DNA of 64,000 nt from Thermodesulfobacteriota bacterium (GCA_965215275.1 OZ244044.1:1632001-1696000); one strand, 5' to 3'; shown: positions 41,103 to 51,028, counted from the first letter of the stretch. The notes: generated from the letters alone by a model not told the origin. A program made the numbers and translations.

Positions 41103-41861
41103 TTATGAGATTGGGATATGTTTTTTTACCTCTTCGGCTATGTAGGGTACGACCTGATCTGGCTTTCCATACAGGACCGCACTTACGTAATCATCAGCGG
41201 CGGTTTCCGTCTCGCTTATTATTACGACCTTATCTCCCTTGTTCATTATCTGAAACGGAAAAGATGCCACTGGTTCGTTTTCCAGATCGGCCCCGACTAT
41301 AATAAAAAGGTCACAGTTTTGGAGCTTGATCCATGACTCTCTTATATCCCAGTGTGGAAGGGGTTGTCCCGGAAACGATATGGGAGGCTTGATAAGGTCA
41401 CTGTTACAGACCGTGCAGGTAGGGACCTGCTTGCCTTTTTCAAGCTGACCCAGGGCTTCCGTCATTGGCTGGTCCTTGCCACAGTCCGGACAGGTTGCCC
41501 AGTGAACGTTAGCGTAGATCTCAATTACGTTGTTGTTGCCGGCTTTTTGATGAAGTCCGTCTCCGTTCTGAGTTATTATACAACTTACATTTGAAAACAT
41601 GCTAAGTTCATATATAGCCTCGTGGGCGGGTGTGGGTGTAGCAGAGGAGATCTGTGGATAATGTTCCTTTAGTTTATTCCAGTATTCCTGTCTGGTTTGA
41701 ACGTCGTTTTTAAATTTTCGTATATCAGGGTTGAAGCTTATATTTGTGACGTTCTGTATGCCGGAATCAAATAAGAGCTCCGGTCCAGTAAGAAATACTA
41801 TGTTTGCCGATAGACCGATCCAGTTTATAACGGCGGAGAGGGCGGTGTCTTCTTGTTTCAT
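41103..41861 (-). CDS. Sir2-family protein with degenerate catalytic motifs
   Basis: PTPAH, ITQNGDGLHQKAG, CxxC...CxxC zinc site; GAGxS and catalytic HG replaced. Confidence 0.85.
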   Translation of the reverse strand: MKQEDTALSAVINWIGLSANIVFLTGPELLFDSGIQNVTNISFNPDIRKFKNDVQTRQEYWNKLKEHYPQISSATPTPAHEAIYELSMFSNVSCIITQNGDGLHQKAGNNNVIEIYANVHWATCPDCGKDQPMTEALGQLEKGKQVPTCTVCNSDLIKPPISFPGQPLPHWDIRESWIKLQNCDLFIIVGADLENEPVASFPFQIMNKGDKVVIISETETAADDYVSAVLYGKPDQVVPYIAEEVKKHIPIS

Positions 41862-41957
41862 TTGGATTTGATTATACTATCTGAACGCTTATTTATCAAT
41901 AAAGATGAAAGCTCGCTCTGCCAAAATGAAAGTCCTTAAGAGAGATAGGTAATATTA

Positions 41958-42305
41958 ATGCAATATAAAATAAAAGAACTTACTGAATTCAGTGATAACG
42001 CTCTCTATGTTCTTTGGGAAGATGGACATAAAAGTATATATCTGTATACGGACCTGAGGGATATATGTCCGTGCGCGGGTTGCGGCAAGCCAAGAAAGTC
42101 GGCCAGGGAAAGCGGCAGACCTCCGTTTAAAAAAAGAATTCAGGTTTCAGCCAAAGAAAGATCAGATATAAGACCCTTGAAAATAGAGAACATCGGCCAC
42201 TATGCTATAAGATTTTACTGGAGCGATGGACACAGCACCGGTATATACACCTTTGATCTGTTAAGAGATAACTGCTCCTGCGACTTATGTAACGTACAGG
42301 GATAG
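41958..42305 (+). CDS. DUF971 / GBBH-like N-terminal domain protein
   Basis: WEDGH, LRDICPCAGC, GHYAI, WSDGHSTGIY. Confidence 0.92.
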   Translation: MQYKIKELTEFSDNALYVLWEDGHKSIYLYTDLRDICPCAGCGKPRKSARESGRPPFKKRIQVSAKERSDIRPLKIENIGHYAIRFYWSDGHSTGIYTFDLLRDNCSCDLCNVQG

Positions 42306-42311
42306 GGTCTG

Positions 42312-42334
42312 CAACTGACCTGATCGGTCAGTTG
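42312..42334. terminator. Hairpin between convergent genes
   Basis: CAACTGACC-tgatc-GGTCAGTTG. Confidence 0.55.
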
Positions 42335-42378
42335 ACCTTTCATCTCACTTACCGCATAGGCAGCACTTTAATTAAGCT

Positions 42379-43245
42379 CTAATTCGCCCGTGCACTTACT
42401 GCCAGCCAGTTCCTTATAACGAACAGTTTTCCATCCTTGTCTTTCTCGCCATGCAGTAATATGGAGGGAGCTACTGCGTTTTTCATGGCCGTGGAAGCAT
42501 CATCGGTCGGATAGCCGTGAAGGGCACCGGCGGCGTATTGCTGGAACTCACTTATATGTTCCCAGGCATCCTGGGTGAGACGTGCAGCAAACTCCTGGGC
42601 GTTGACCAGTTTGAACCCTGCTTTGCTCACCAGATCTTCATAGTATGACCTTGGATGGAATTTTGCTGCTTCTGCTTTCTTATTGTCCTTCCCCCGCTTA
42701 ATACCTTTTTCCCTTAACAACAGGACGGCGTTCTTTACCTGTGTTCTGTAAAAAGGGATAGTGTTTGCGGGTCTTGCTTCTTCGTAGAAGGCGGTATTGA
42801 AAAAAAGCCAGCCGTTTGGCGTCAGTGTTTCTTTTATCTTTATCAGACTTTCTATTTGTGCTTTCTCGTTCAGATAGTGTATACCGTTCCCCCAGACTGC
42901 GACGTCAACGCTCCCTTTCGGCAGGTTAATATCTTCAATTGGCGAATTGATGAACTTAAGCTTTTCTATGTGATTTTCGAGTTTGGACTGGGCTAATTTC
43001 AGAGCGTCTGAAGATTGGTCAAGGCACATTACGACCGACTCTCTCCACTTTGAAGGCAGGTGGTTAAAGAAAAGTTGCACCATTGTTCCCGCACCGGTCG
43101 CCACGTCCAGTATCTTGTCTATTTTCCCCATACCTTTATCTACCATAAGCTGTACCCAGCTAGCTATTATATCTCCGTTGACCTTTTTATAATCCTCGGT
43201 ATTAGCAAAAGGTTCATAATTATATGTTTCCTGCTTGTCTGACAT
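42379..43245 (-). CDS. Class I SAM-dependent methyltransferase
   Basis: ILDVATGAG motif I, LTPNGWLFF. Confidence 0.88.
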   Translation of the reverse strand: MSDKQETYNYEPFANTEDYKKVNGDIIASWVQLMVDKGMGKIDKILDVATGAGTMVQLFFNHLPSKWRESVVMCLDQSSDALKLAQSKLENHIEKLKFINSPIEDINLPKGSVDVAVWGNGIHYLNEKAQIESLIKIKETLTPNGWLFFNTAFYEEARPANTIPFYRTQVKNAVLLLREKGIKRGKDNKKAEAAKFHPRSYYEDLVSKAGFKLVNAQEFAARLTQDAWEHISEFQQYAAGALHGYPTDDASTAMKNAVAPSILLHGEKDKDGKLFVIRNWLAVSARAN

Positions 43246-43496
43246 CTTGACCGTCTCCCTGAAACTTTATTTTAAAATCGAAATTAACTTTAGTAAAGTA
43301 TAGAACATTTAAGCAAACATTCAATTATCTAAACTATACTCTCTTTTTTTGATGTCTTTTAAGTGATTACTTTAATGAACTTTGGTTCAGAAAAACCAAT
43401 TCAGGTTCATATCTGGAAATTTCCGAGTATCATTACCTTGATGATATTTATGATCCGCGAAGGAACAACTATACTAATTTCAGGAAGGACTGGGAT

Positions 43497-44645
43497 ATGA
43501 TAAACAAAGAGCGTATGACCGAACATTTAATGGAACTTATAAGGATAGATAGTCCGTCCAGGCGTGAAAAGAGGGTTGCATTAAAACTTCAAAGGGAAAT
43601 GGAGGAGCTTGGAGGGAAGTGCATATACGATGAAGCGGGAGATGTAGTAGGGGGAGAAGTAGGCAATCTGTTGGTGAAGATAAAAGGTAATAAGAATGGA
43701 GTTCCAGCTTTTTTTCTCTCTTCTCACATGGACACGGTTGGTCCCGGAGAGGGTATAAGACCGGAAATAGAAGATGGAAGGATGAGAAGCGACGGCACGA
43801 CGATCTTAGGTGCTGATGATAAAAGCGGGGTTTCGATAATAGTGGAAATAATAAGAACGCTCAAGGAGCAAGATTTACCACATGGCGATATTGAGATTGC
43901 ATTTACGATATGTGAAGAGGTAGGACTTTTAGGAGCAAAGTACTTTGACGTATCAAGTCTGAATTCCCGTTATGGAATAGTTCTGGATAGCAGTACCCCG
44001 GACAGGCTTGTTCTTAAATGTCCGTCTTCTGATATTTTAACGATAAGAGTACACGGACTTGAAGCTCACGCGGGTCTTTGTCCAGAGAAAGGGATCAGTG
44101 CGATACAGTTAGCCTGTCGTGCAATATCCAATATTACAACTGGCAGGATAGATCATGAAACTACTTCAAATATTGGTATTATAGGAGGAGGGGTTGCTGC
44201 CAACATAGTTCCAAACTTCGCTGAGGTTGTCCTGGAAGTCAGGAGCCATGATAATGCAAAACTTGATGAACAGGTCAAGCATATATGTGACAGTTTTCAT
44301 CAGGAAGTAAAAAGCTGCTCGGTTATTGTAGATGGTCAGGAAAAGAGGCCAGTTGTAGATATTGACGTCGACCACGTTTATCGTAAGATGGACGTTCCTG
44401 CGACAGCCAGGGTCACTCAATTAGTGGACAAGGCCGTTTCAGACCTTGGGTATACAATAAAGCACCATACTACTGGAGGAGGTTGTGACGCGAACTATTT
44501 TAATAATAAAGGCGTGGAATGTGTAAACCTTGGAACGGGTATGTACGAACTGCATACGGTTAACGAGTATTTAGTACTGGATGAGTTTTACAGAAGTGCA
44601 GATATAGTTCTGGAGACGTTAAAACTGAACGCCGCTGATGGTTAA
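43497..44645 (+). CDS. M20 family peptidase T-like metallopeptidase
   Basis: SHMDTV, LGADDKSG, EEVG, GGCDAN, HTVNE. Confidence 0.93.
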   Translation: MINKERMTEHLMELIRIDSPSRREKRVALKLQREMEELGGKCIYDEAGDVVGGEVGNLLVKIKGNKNGVPAFFLSSHMDTVGPGEGIRPEIEDGRMRSDGTTILGADDKSGVSIIVEIIRTLKEQDLPHGDIEIAFTICEEVGLLGAKYFDVSSLNSRYGIVLDSSTPDRLVLKCPSSDILTIRVHGLEAHAGLCPEKGISAIQLACRAISNITTGRIDHETTSNIGIIGGGVAANIVPNFAEVVLEVRSHDNAKLDEQVKHICDSFHQEVKSCSVIVDGQEKRPVVDIDVDHVYRKMDVPATARVTQLVDKAVSDLGYTIKHHTTGGGCDANYFNNKGVECVNLGTGMYELHTVNEYLVLDEFYRSADIVLETLKLNAADG

Positions 44646-44893
44646 GAGAAAAAGGGGCGTTAATACTGATAGATCATGGCAGTAAAGTAAAAGAGGCTAA
44701 CGACCTGCTTGTAAAGGTCAGGGAAAAGCTGCAGAGCAGTCCGGACTGTAAATTCGATATTGTGGAACACTGCCACATGGAACTTGCCTCTCCCAGTTTG
44801 GAAGACGCGTTTTCCGTTTGCGTCAGTTCAGGTGCGGAGGAGATAGTGGTACATCCGTATTTTCTGGCACCGGGCAGGCATTCAAAGACTGAT
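44638..44893 (+). pseudogene. Truncated, frameshifted copy of the CbiX/SirB chelatase gene
   Basis: Near-identical to 13999-14253; extra G (AAAAGGGG vs AAAAGGG) after codon 6; homology stops just before the promoter at 44898. Confidence 0.92.
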
Positions 44894-44897
44894 GTAC

Positions 44898-44926
44898 TTG
44901 ACATTACAGCAAAGCAGAAGTAAAAT
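44898..44926 (+). promoter_or_regulatory. Sigma70-type promoter of surface gene 3
   Basis: TTGACA (44898-44903), 17 nt, TAAAAT (44921-44926). Confidence 0.75.
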
Positions 44927-44935
44927 ATAAATGTT

Positions 44936-47900
44936 ATGAAAAATTTCATGAAAAGTTCAAACATAAAAACACGTAGTTCCATTACCCCCCCCCCCGTGTA
45001 TACCTGACCTTTCAGTCTGGTATAAGTATTTTGTAAGAACAATGTTTAAGATAATACCCCCCCCCATCTAAGTTAATCCTTTCTTTATTCTTATTTTTTC
45101 TGTTTATACTGGTAATAGCTGCAAAAGGGCAGAGCAGCTCAGAAGAAACATTATCTGAATGCAGAGGTATGAGTGCAGACACGGAAGATCCGTTATACGG
45201 ATGTCAGTGGCATCTGAAGAACACTGGGCAGTTAAGTTTTTCCGGAAAGGAAATAACGGCAGGAGAAGATATAAACATAGAGGGAGTGTGGAACGAAGAC
45301 GTATACGGTACCGGAATTAACATAGCAATAGTAAGTGACGGTATCGACCTTTCACATGAGGACCTTTCTGCTAACGTCCGTTCCGGACTGCACTATGATC
45401 ATTCATACGGTTCATCCTTTAGTGGAACACAAGCGGCAGGTGTTATTGCAGCAACTGGATATAACGGACTGGGAGTAAGAGGAACTGCACCTGGTGCGAG
45501 TATATACAGTTACAGGTTATCCGGTGATATCAGTGAAGCGGACGCGGTGGTCCGTAATAAGGAAATAACTGCAGTATCGGTTAACGGCCTGGGATCTGAG
45601 GACGGATATTATTTTCAGGAGGCTTCATCTTCCTGGGAAGAAGGAGTGGAACTTGGTATAAAGAAAGGGTTTTATGGTAAAGGGGTGTTTTACGTCTGGG
45701 GAGCAGGGGATGGGCATGAGAATAACGATCAGGCTAATTTTTCTGAATATTCTAATTACTACGGCGTAACTGCCGTGTGTTCAACAGACGGCTTTGGAAA
45801 GAAGAGTATATTTTCAGAAGAGGGAGTAAATCTATGGGTATGTGCACCTGGTTCTGATATTGTAACTACTGATAACAACAACGATTACATTGTAACTTCC
45901 GGAACATTTCTTTCAGCTTCACAGGTTGGAGGAGTGGCAGCACTGCTGAGAGAGATAAACGGACAGCTGAGCTGGAGGGATATAAAGCTTATACTTGCGG
46001 GTTCAGCACGGCAGAACGATTTTTTTGATATGAGCTGGGAGACTGGAGCTGTTAAATACGGTTCTGATACGGAAAGATATAATTATAATCCTAAGTATGG
46101 TTTTGGCGTGGTAGACGCAGAAGCAGCTGCAGAGCTTGCAAAAAGCTGGAAAGGCGTTGGTGAAATGAGGACCGTTACAGCTTCTTCAGATAATGAGATA
46201 ACAATTCCTGATGGAGAAGGAGATGGAGAAGGAGAAGCAGACGGGATCCTTGTTTCCAGACTTATGATACCGGACCTTGAAGAAATATTTACGGAATTCG
46301 TTGAAGTAGAACTTGTTTTTTCGTGTGACTGCTTACAGGACCTTGATATAAAAATAACCTCTCCTTCCGGGACAATATCGGAACTTGTAAGGGAGTCTGT
46401 AAGTGGATCTTCGGATGAAGAAAAAAACTGCGTCAGTTACCTGAGAAGAACACATCGTTTCGGGTCGGCTAAACACCTCGGAGAAGACCCTTCCGGAGAA
46501 TGGATTCTCAATATAGCCGATACTGCTTCCGGAGATGAAGAAAATGGAGAAAATACTTTTACCTTACACTCTTGGAGCATTAAGGTATACGGGAATTTTT
46601 ATCAGGGACCTGGCAGTGAGACAGGTCCCAAAGATCATAATGTAAGTTTTGGCAATGCAACGATAGCTGAACAATCGTATAAAGTAGGTGAAGCAATAAA
46701 ACCATTAGTGCTGCCTCTCCCAATAACAGGGGGTGGTTACAGTCTTTCATTGTCTCCTAAATTACCTGATGGATTGAGTCGTAGCTTCCGAACTATAAGT
46801 GGAACACCAACTACTGCAACACCTGAGACCCTTTATACATGGACCGCCAGAGATAGTAACAGTGGAGATACGGATGAGTTAACGTTCAATATTACGGTAG
46901 AATCTGACATACCAACCTTCGGCAGTGAGACGGTAGAGGATCAGACGTGGTTTAATGGCAGCGCAGTAACGTTAACTCTGCCTCAGGCTACCGGAGGTAA
47001 CGGAACTTTAAATTACAGTTTAACTCCTGCTGAACCAAGTGGACTTACCTTTACCGAAAGCACCAGAATGTTAAGTGGAACACCCAGCATTTCTGCACAT
47101 CTACTTCCTTTAACTGTTACTTATACTTACAAGGTAACTGATGATGACGGTGATTCTGACAGTATTACTTTCTCTATTACTATAACAACGGACCTGGCCT
47201 TTGACAGTGGGGATGGGTCTTTTACTGATTTTTATACACTAATAGCAAATGCATTATCATCAATACCCACTCTAACGAGTAATTCGTTGCCTGCTGCAAC
47301 GGGAGGTACTCCTCCATATATATACAGTGTTACTCCTGTATTACCAGACGGATTAGCAGCGTATAACTCTAATGACAGAGTTATACGCGGGACACCAACT
47401 ACTGCAACGCCCAGGACTACCTATACGTATACCGTTACTGACAATAACGGACATACGGCTGAATTGATGTTCGATATTGCTGTAAGAGCACTCTTCATAA
47501 GTGCTGCTGTGATAAATGATAAGGTGTATTTAACCGGTACAGAAGTAACAGAAGTGCTGCCTGCAGCAGATGGACATAATGGAACGTTAACGTACAGTTT
47601 AACTCCCAATTTACCTTCCGGACTGGATTTTACCCCTGCCACCCGAGAGATAAGTGGAACTCCAGATACTGCAACTTCCAGAAGCACTTATACTTATACG
47701 GTAACTGACACAGATGGATTTAAGAACTCAAAGACGTTCAGTATTACTGTAAGAGCAGAACCGAACACAATGCCGACCTTCGGCAGTGAAACTATAGATA
47801 ATAAAGTGTATATAAACGGAGAAGCAGTAAATGAAACACTGCCAGAAGCAACGGGAGGGAATGCTCCTTTAACTTACAGTTTAACTAGTCTTGGGTTAAT

Positions 47901-48501
47901 TGATCTTAATTTACCAACTGAATTGGGATTTAATCCTGATACCAGAGTGTTAAGTGGAACACCCAACCTTGATGCACGAATACTTCCTGTAACTCGTACA
48001 TATACATATACAGTAACGGACGCAGATAATGATACAGATGAACTGGAGTTCAGTATTACAGTGGAAGAAGACAGCGAACCGGACTTCAGCGTGACGACGA
48101 TAGAAGATCAGGTGTACATGGGGAGATCAATAAGTTTGCCGGTAGCAACGGGAGGGAATGCACCGTTAGTATACAGTATAACGCCTCCCTTACCTCCTGG
48201 GTTGAGATTGGACAGAGACACAGGGATAATAAGCGGGACGCCCGCGAGTGCGTCGTCTGAGAGGACCTACACGTACACGGTAACGGACAGGAATGGAGAC
48301 ATTAAAGAGTTGACCTTCAGGTTCAGTGCAGCGGCTCCGCCACCGACAGGTAGTGATTCAGGCGGAGGTGGTGGAGGATGTGCTGTCTCAGATCAGAGCA
48401 GCACTGCTTCTGATATTCTCGGAGTAATGGCATGTCTGATACTTATACCTGTATCAGTAGCTATCAGAAGGAAGAGAAGGTCTCAGGTAAAAAAGCAGTA
48501 A
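44936..48501 (+). CDS. Surface protein 3: signal peptide, inactive kexin-like S8 plus P domain, six Ig-like (He_PIG-type) repeats, Gly-Cys-TM sorting tail; frameshifted at C11 and C9
   Basis: ORF 45169-48501 extends upstream in frame to SKLILSLFLFFLFILVIAAKGQ at 45067; ATGs at 44936 and 45042 are out of frame across the tracts. Confidence 0.85.
44985..44995 (+). repeat. Poly-C tract (C11)
   Basis: C10 joins ATG 44936 to the open frame that includes ATG 45042. Confidence 0.75.
45057..45065 (+). repeat. Poly-C tract (C9), putative phase-variation switch
   Basis: C8 or C11 joins MFKIIPP to the signal peptide h-region. Confidence 0.85.
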
Positions 48502-48637
48502 TGCAGTTCTTTCAAAGGCATTTATGAGAGAGCACTACAGCTTGGTTTTCTTTTATATCAGTTATCAGTTCTTTGAGGAGAACGGGTGTAGTATTACCGT
48601 GTATTGAACTATAGTATATAATTTCTTTAAATTGTGT

Positions 48638-48960
48638 TTAGCCTTGTTTATTAACTGTTATTTTCCCTGTGGCTACTAACTCGTTGAGCAATGCAGTCAA
48701 TTCTGCTTTTTGCTGAGCAAGTTTTTTGTCCATATAAGTTGTCTGAGCAGCAAGTTTTTTGTCCATATAAGTCGTCTGAGCAGCAAATTTATCAGTAAAA
48801 TATTTTTTAACTTCTTCGATCTTATCTGAATATTCTTTTAACATTTTCTTCTCTTTTATACTTAGCTGATTTTCCAAATATATTTTAATTGTAAAAAACA
48901 CAGCAGCAATTATCGAAGTTGCTGCAATTACTATTGGAGTTAAATTTTTAAAAGAAACAT
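48638..48960 (-). pseudogene. 5'-truncated tandem copy of the 49070-49504 gene
   Basis: 48542-48960 is near-identical to 48980-49392; no in-frame ATG, first TM missing. Confidence 0.75.
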
Positions 48961-49069
48961 AGATAAGAGAATTGGGGTCTGGTTTTCTTTTAATCAGTTA
49001 TCAGTTCGTTGAAAAAATGGGTGTATTACCGTGTATTGAGCTATAGTATATAATTCCTTTAAATTGTGT

Positions 49070-49504
49070 TTAGCCTTGTTTATTAACTGTTATTTTCCCT
49101 GTGGCTACTAACTCATTGAGCAATGCAGTCAATTCTGCTTTTTGCTGAGCAAATTTTTTGTCCATATCAGTCATTTGAGCAGCAAGTTTTGTGTTCATAT
49201 CAGTCGTCTGAGCAGCAAATTTGTCAGTAAAATCTTTTTTAACTTCCTCAACCTTATCTGAATATTCTTTTAACATTTTCTTCTCCTTTATACTTAGCTG
49301 ATTTCCCAAATATATTTTAATCGTAAAAAACACAGCAGCAATTATTGAAGTTGCTGCAATTACTATTGGAGTTAAATTTTTAAAAGAAACATGGTTATAA
49401 GCCCCTTTATGGAAAAATATACTACCATATATTAAAAAAATTATAAATAATATAATAAATGCAATTTCAAAAATGAGTTTGTAATTAGATAATCTATCGT
49501 TCAT
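49070..49504 (-). CDS. AT-rich membrane protein, two TM helices plus coiled coil with 11-aa repeats
   Basis: K(F/L)AAQ(T/M)TDM(N/D)(T/K) repeats after two hydrophobic helices. Confidence 0.75.
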   Translation of the reverse strand: MNDRLSNYKLIFEIAFIILFIIFLIYGSIFFHKGAYNHVSFKNLTPIVIAATSIIAAVFFTIKIYLGNQLSIKEKKMLKEYSDKVEEVKKDFTDKFAAQTTDMNTKLAAQMTDMDKKFAQQKAELTALLNELVATGKITVNKQG

Positions 49505-49708
49505 CGTCTGCCTTTCTTAAATACAAAATCCATAATATATAGTAATAGAAAATGGATAAAAAAACAACAAAAAGAATACAGCCTATTAACGCTTCTATGA
49601 ATAAAGTAACAGACAAAACATCAGAGGTGTTTTTGAAAATGGTATCAATCCCGCATAAACGAACTGAAAACCTGCCAAATTAGTAATAAATCCTAATGGA
49701 AATCTTTT

Positions 49709-50350
49709 TTAAACACCTCTTTTTTCACCCCATATTATCTTATGTAGCTGCGGTAGCACCCTGATCGAATCCAAATTATCTGCAAGAATTTTTTCCGCCA
49801 GCCAGGTAGGGCTTTTGCCGTAGACGGGCTGGAATATTATTGAGGCTCTTATATCATAACGGCTTAATACATTTATAGCGTATGAATAGTCATTTTCATC
49901 GTTTATGACGAATTTAATTTGATCTTTTGGTTTCAGATCTTCAAATAAACTGAAGTCCATACGGTTGTCCATGCCGGAACTGGGACATTTACAGTCCATA
50001 CTGATCAGGCAGGAACTTTTTTCAAATATTTCTGGAGGCTTTTTATGACCGCTGGTCTCAAGTAAGATAAAGTATCCAGTGTCGAGCAGTTTCTCGGTAA
50101 GTGGTACCAGTTCCTTTTTTTGTATCAGAGGTTCTCCTCCGGTGATACATACCCTGCCACAGTTGTATTTGGCGATCTCTGCTATAATTTTATCGTTGGA
50201 TATCTCCGTAAAATCATTTCCTTCAACGGCGTACATGGTATCACACCAACTGCATCTCAGGTCGCAGGCAAAAAGCCTTAAAAACACAGTTGGCTGACCG
50301 ATTTGAACACCTTCACCTTGTATGGAATAGAAAATTTCACTAACCTTCAT
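49709..50350 (-). CDS. queE: 7-carboxy-7-deazaguanine synthase (radical SAM)
   Basis: EIFYSIQGEG, CDLRCSWCDT, TGGEP, QLHK. Confidence 0.95.
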   Translation of the reverse strand: MKVSEIFYSIQGEGVQIGQPTVFLRLFACDLRCSWCDTMYAVEGNDFTEISNDKIIAEIAKYNCGRVCITGGEPLIQKKELVPLTEKLLDTGYFILLETSGHKKPPEIFEKSSCLISMDCKCPSSGMDNRMDFSLFEDLKPKDQIKFVINDENDYSYAINVLSRYDIRASIIFQPVYGKSPTWLAEKILADNLDSIRVLPQLHKIIWGEKRGV

Positions 50351-50353
50351 AAT

Positions 50354-51028
50354 TTAGTTTTTGTACTGAGTGGGGTCTTTTATTCCGGATTCCAGAAATG
50401 CTCTTTTTCTCTCTTCGCAGGCACTGCACTTTCCGCAGTGGACCCTGTTCCCTTCGTAACACGTCCATGTCAACTCGAACGGGACCCCGAGTTCATTTCC
50501 CAGTTTTACGATCTCAGATTTATCCAGGTTGACAAAAGGAGCCTCCACTTTTAAGGCCGGATTATCGTTTGCCAGTCTTTCGGCGGTTTCAAAAGCCTCA
50601 ACGAACTCCTTTCTGCAGTCAGGGTAAACCCCTCTGTCTGAATGATGAGCTCCGAAGCAGACGCTGTTAGCTCCGATGCTCTGGGCATACCCTACTGCCA
50701 CTGATAAAAAGATCGCATTTCTGTTGGGAACGACAGTTACTTTGAGAGAATCAAAATACTCGGCCTTTTCAGGCACTTTAGGAACGTTCACGTCCGTATC
50801 TGTCAATGCTGACCCGGACAGGATATGCTTTAAAGAGGAAAGATCAACCACTTTATGATCGATCCCAAGGGCTTCTGCTATGTTCTTTGCGGAATTGACT
50901 TCTTTTATATGTCTTTGCCCGTAAATTATCGTCAGGGAATAAACGTCAAAAAACTCTCTTTTGTACTTATAGCAAAGGGTTGAACTGTCTATTCCGCCTG
51001 AAAGTACAATTACGGTCCTTTTGTTCAC
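50354..51028 (-). CDS. queC: 7-cyano-7-deazaguanine synthase
   Basis: LSGGIDS, YGQRH, VPNRN, YPDCR, CGKCSAC. Confidence 0.97.
   Translation of the reverse strand: MNKRTVIVLSGGIDSSTLCYKYKREFFDVYSLTIIYGQRHIKEVNSAKNIAEALGIDHKVVDLSSLKHILSGSALTDTDVNVPKVPEKAEYFDSLKVTVVPNRNAIFLSVAVGYAQSIGANSVCFGAHHSDRGVYPDCRKEFVEAFETAERLANDNPALKVEAPFVNLDKSEIVKLGNELGVPFELTWTCYEGNRVHCGKCSACEERKRAFLESGIKDPTQYKN

Noticed and set aside
44674..45042. 122-aa minus-strand ORF
   Set aside because: Antisense shadow of the cbiX pseudogene and promoter; same text as the shadow ORF at 14133-14354.
48700..49230. 33-bp repeats as a CRISPR array
   Set aside because: Repeats are contiguous with no spacers and encode in-frame 11-aa units.
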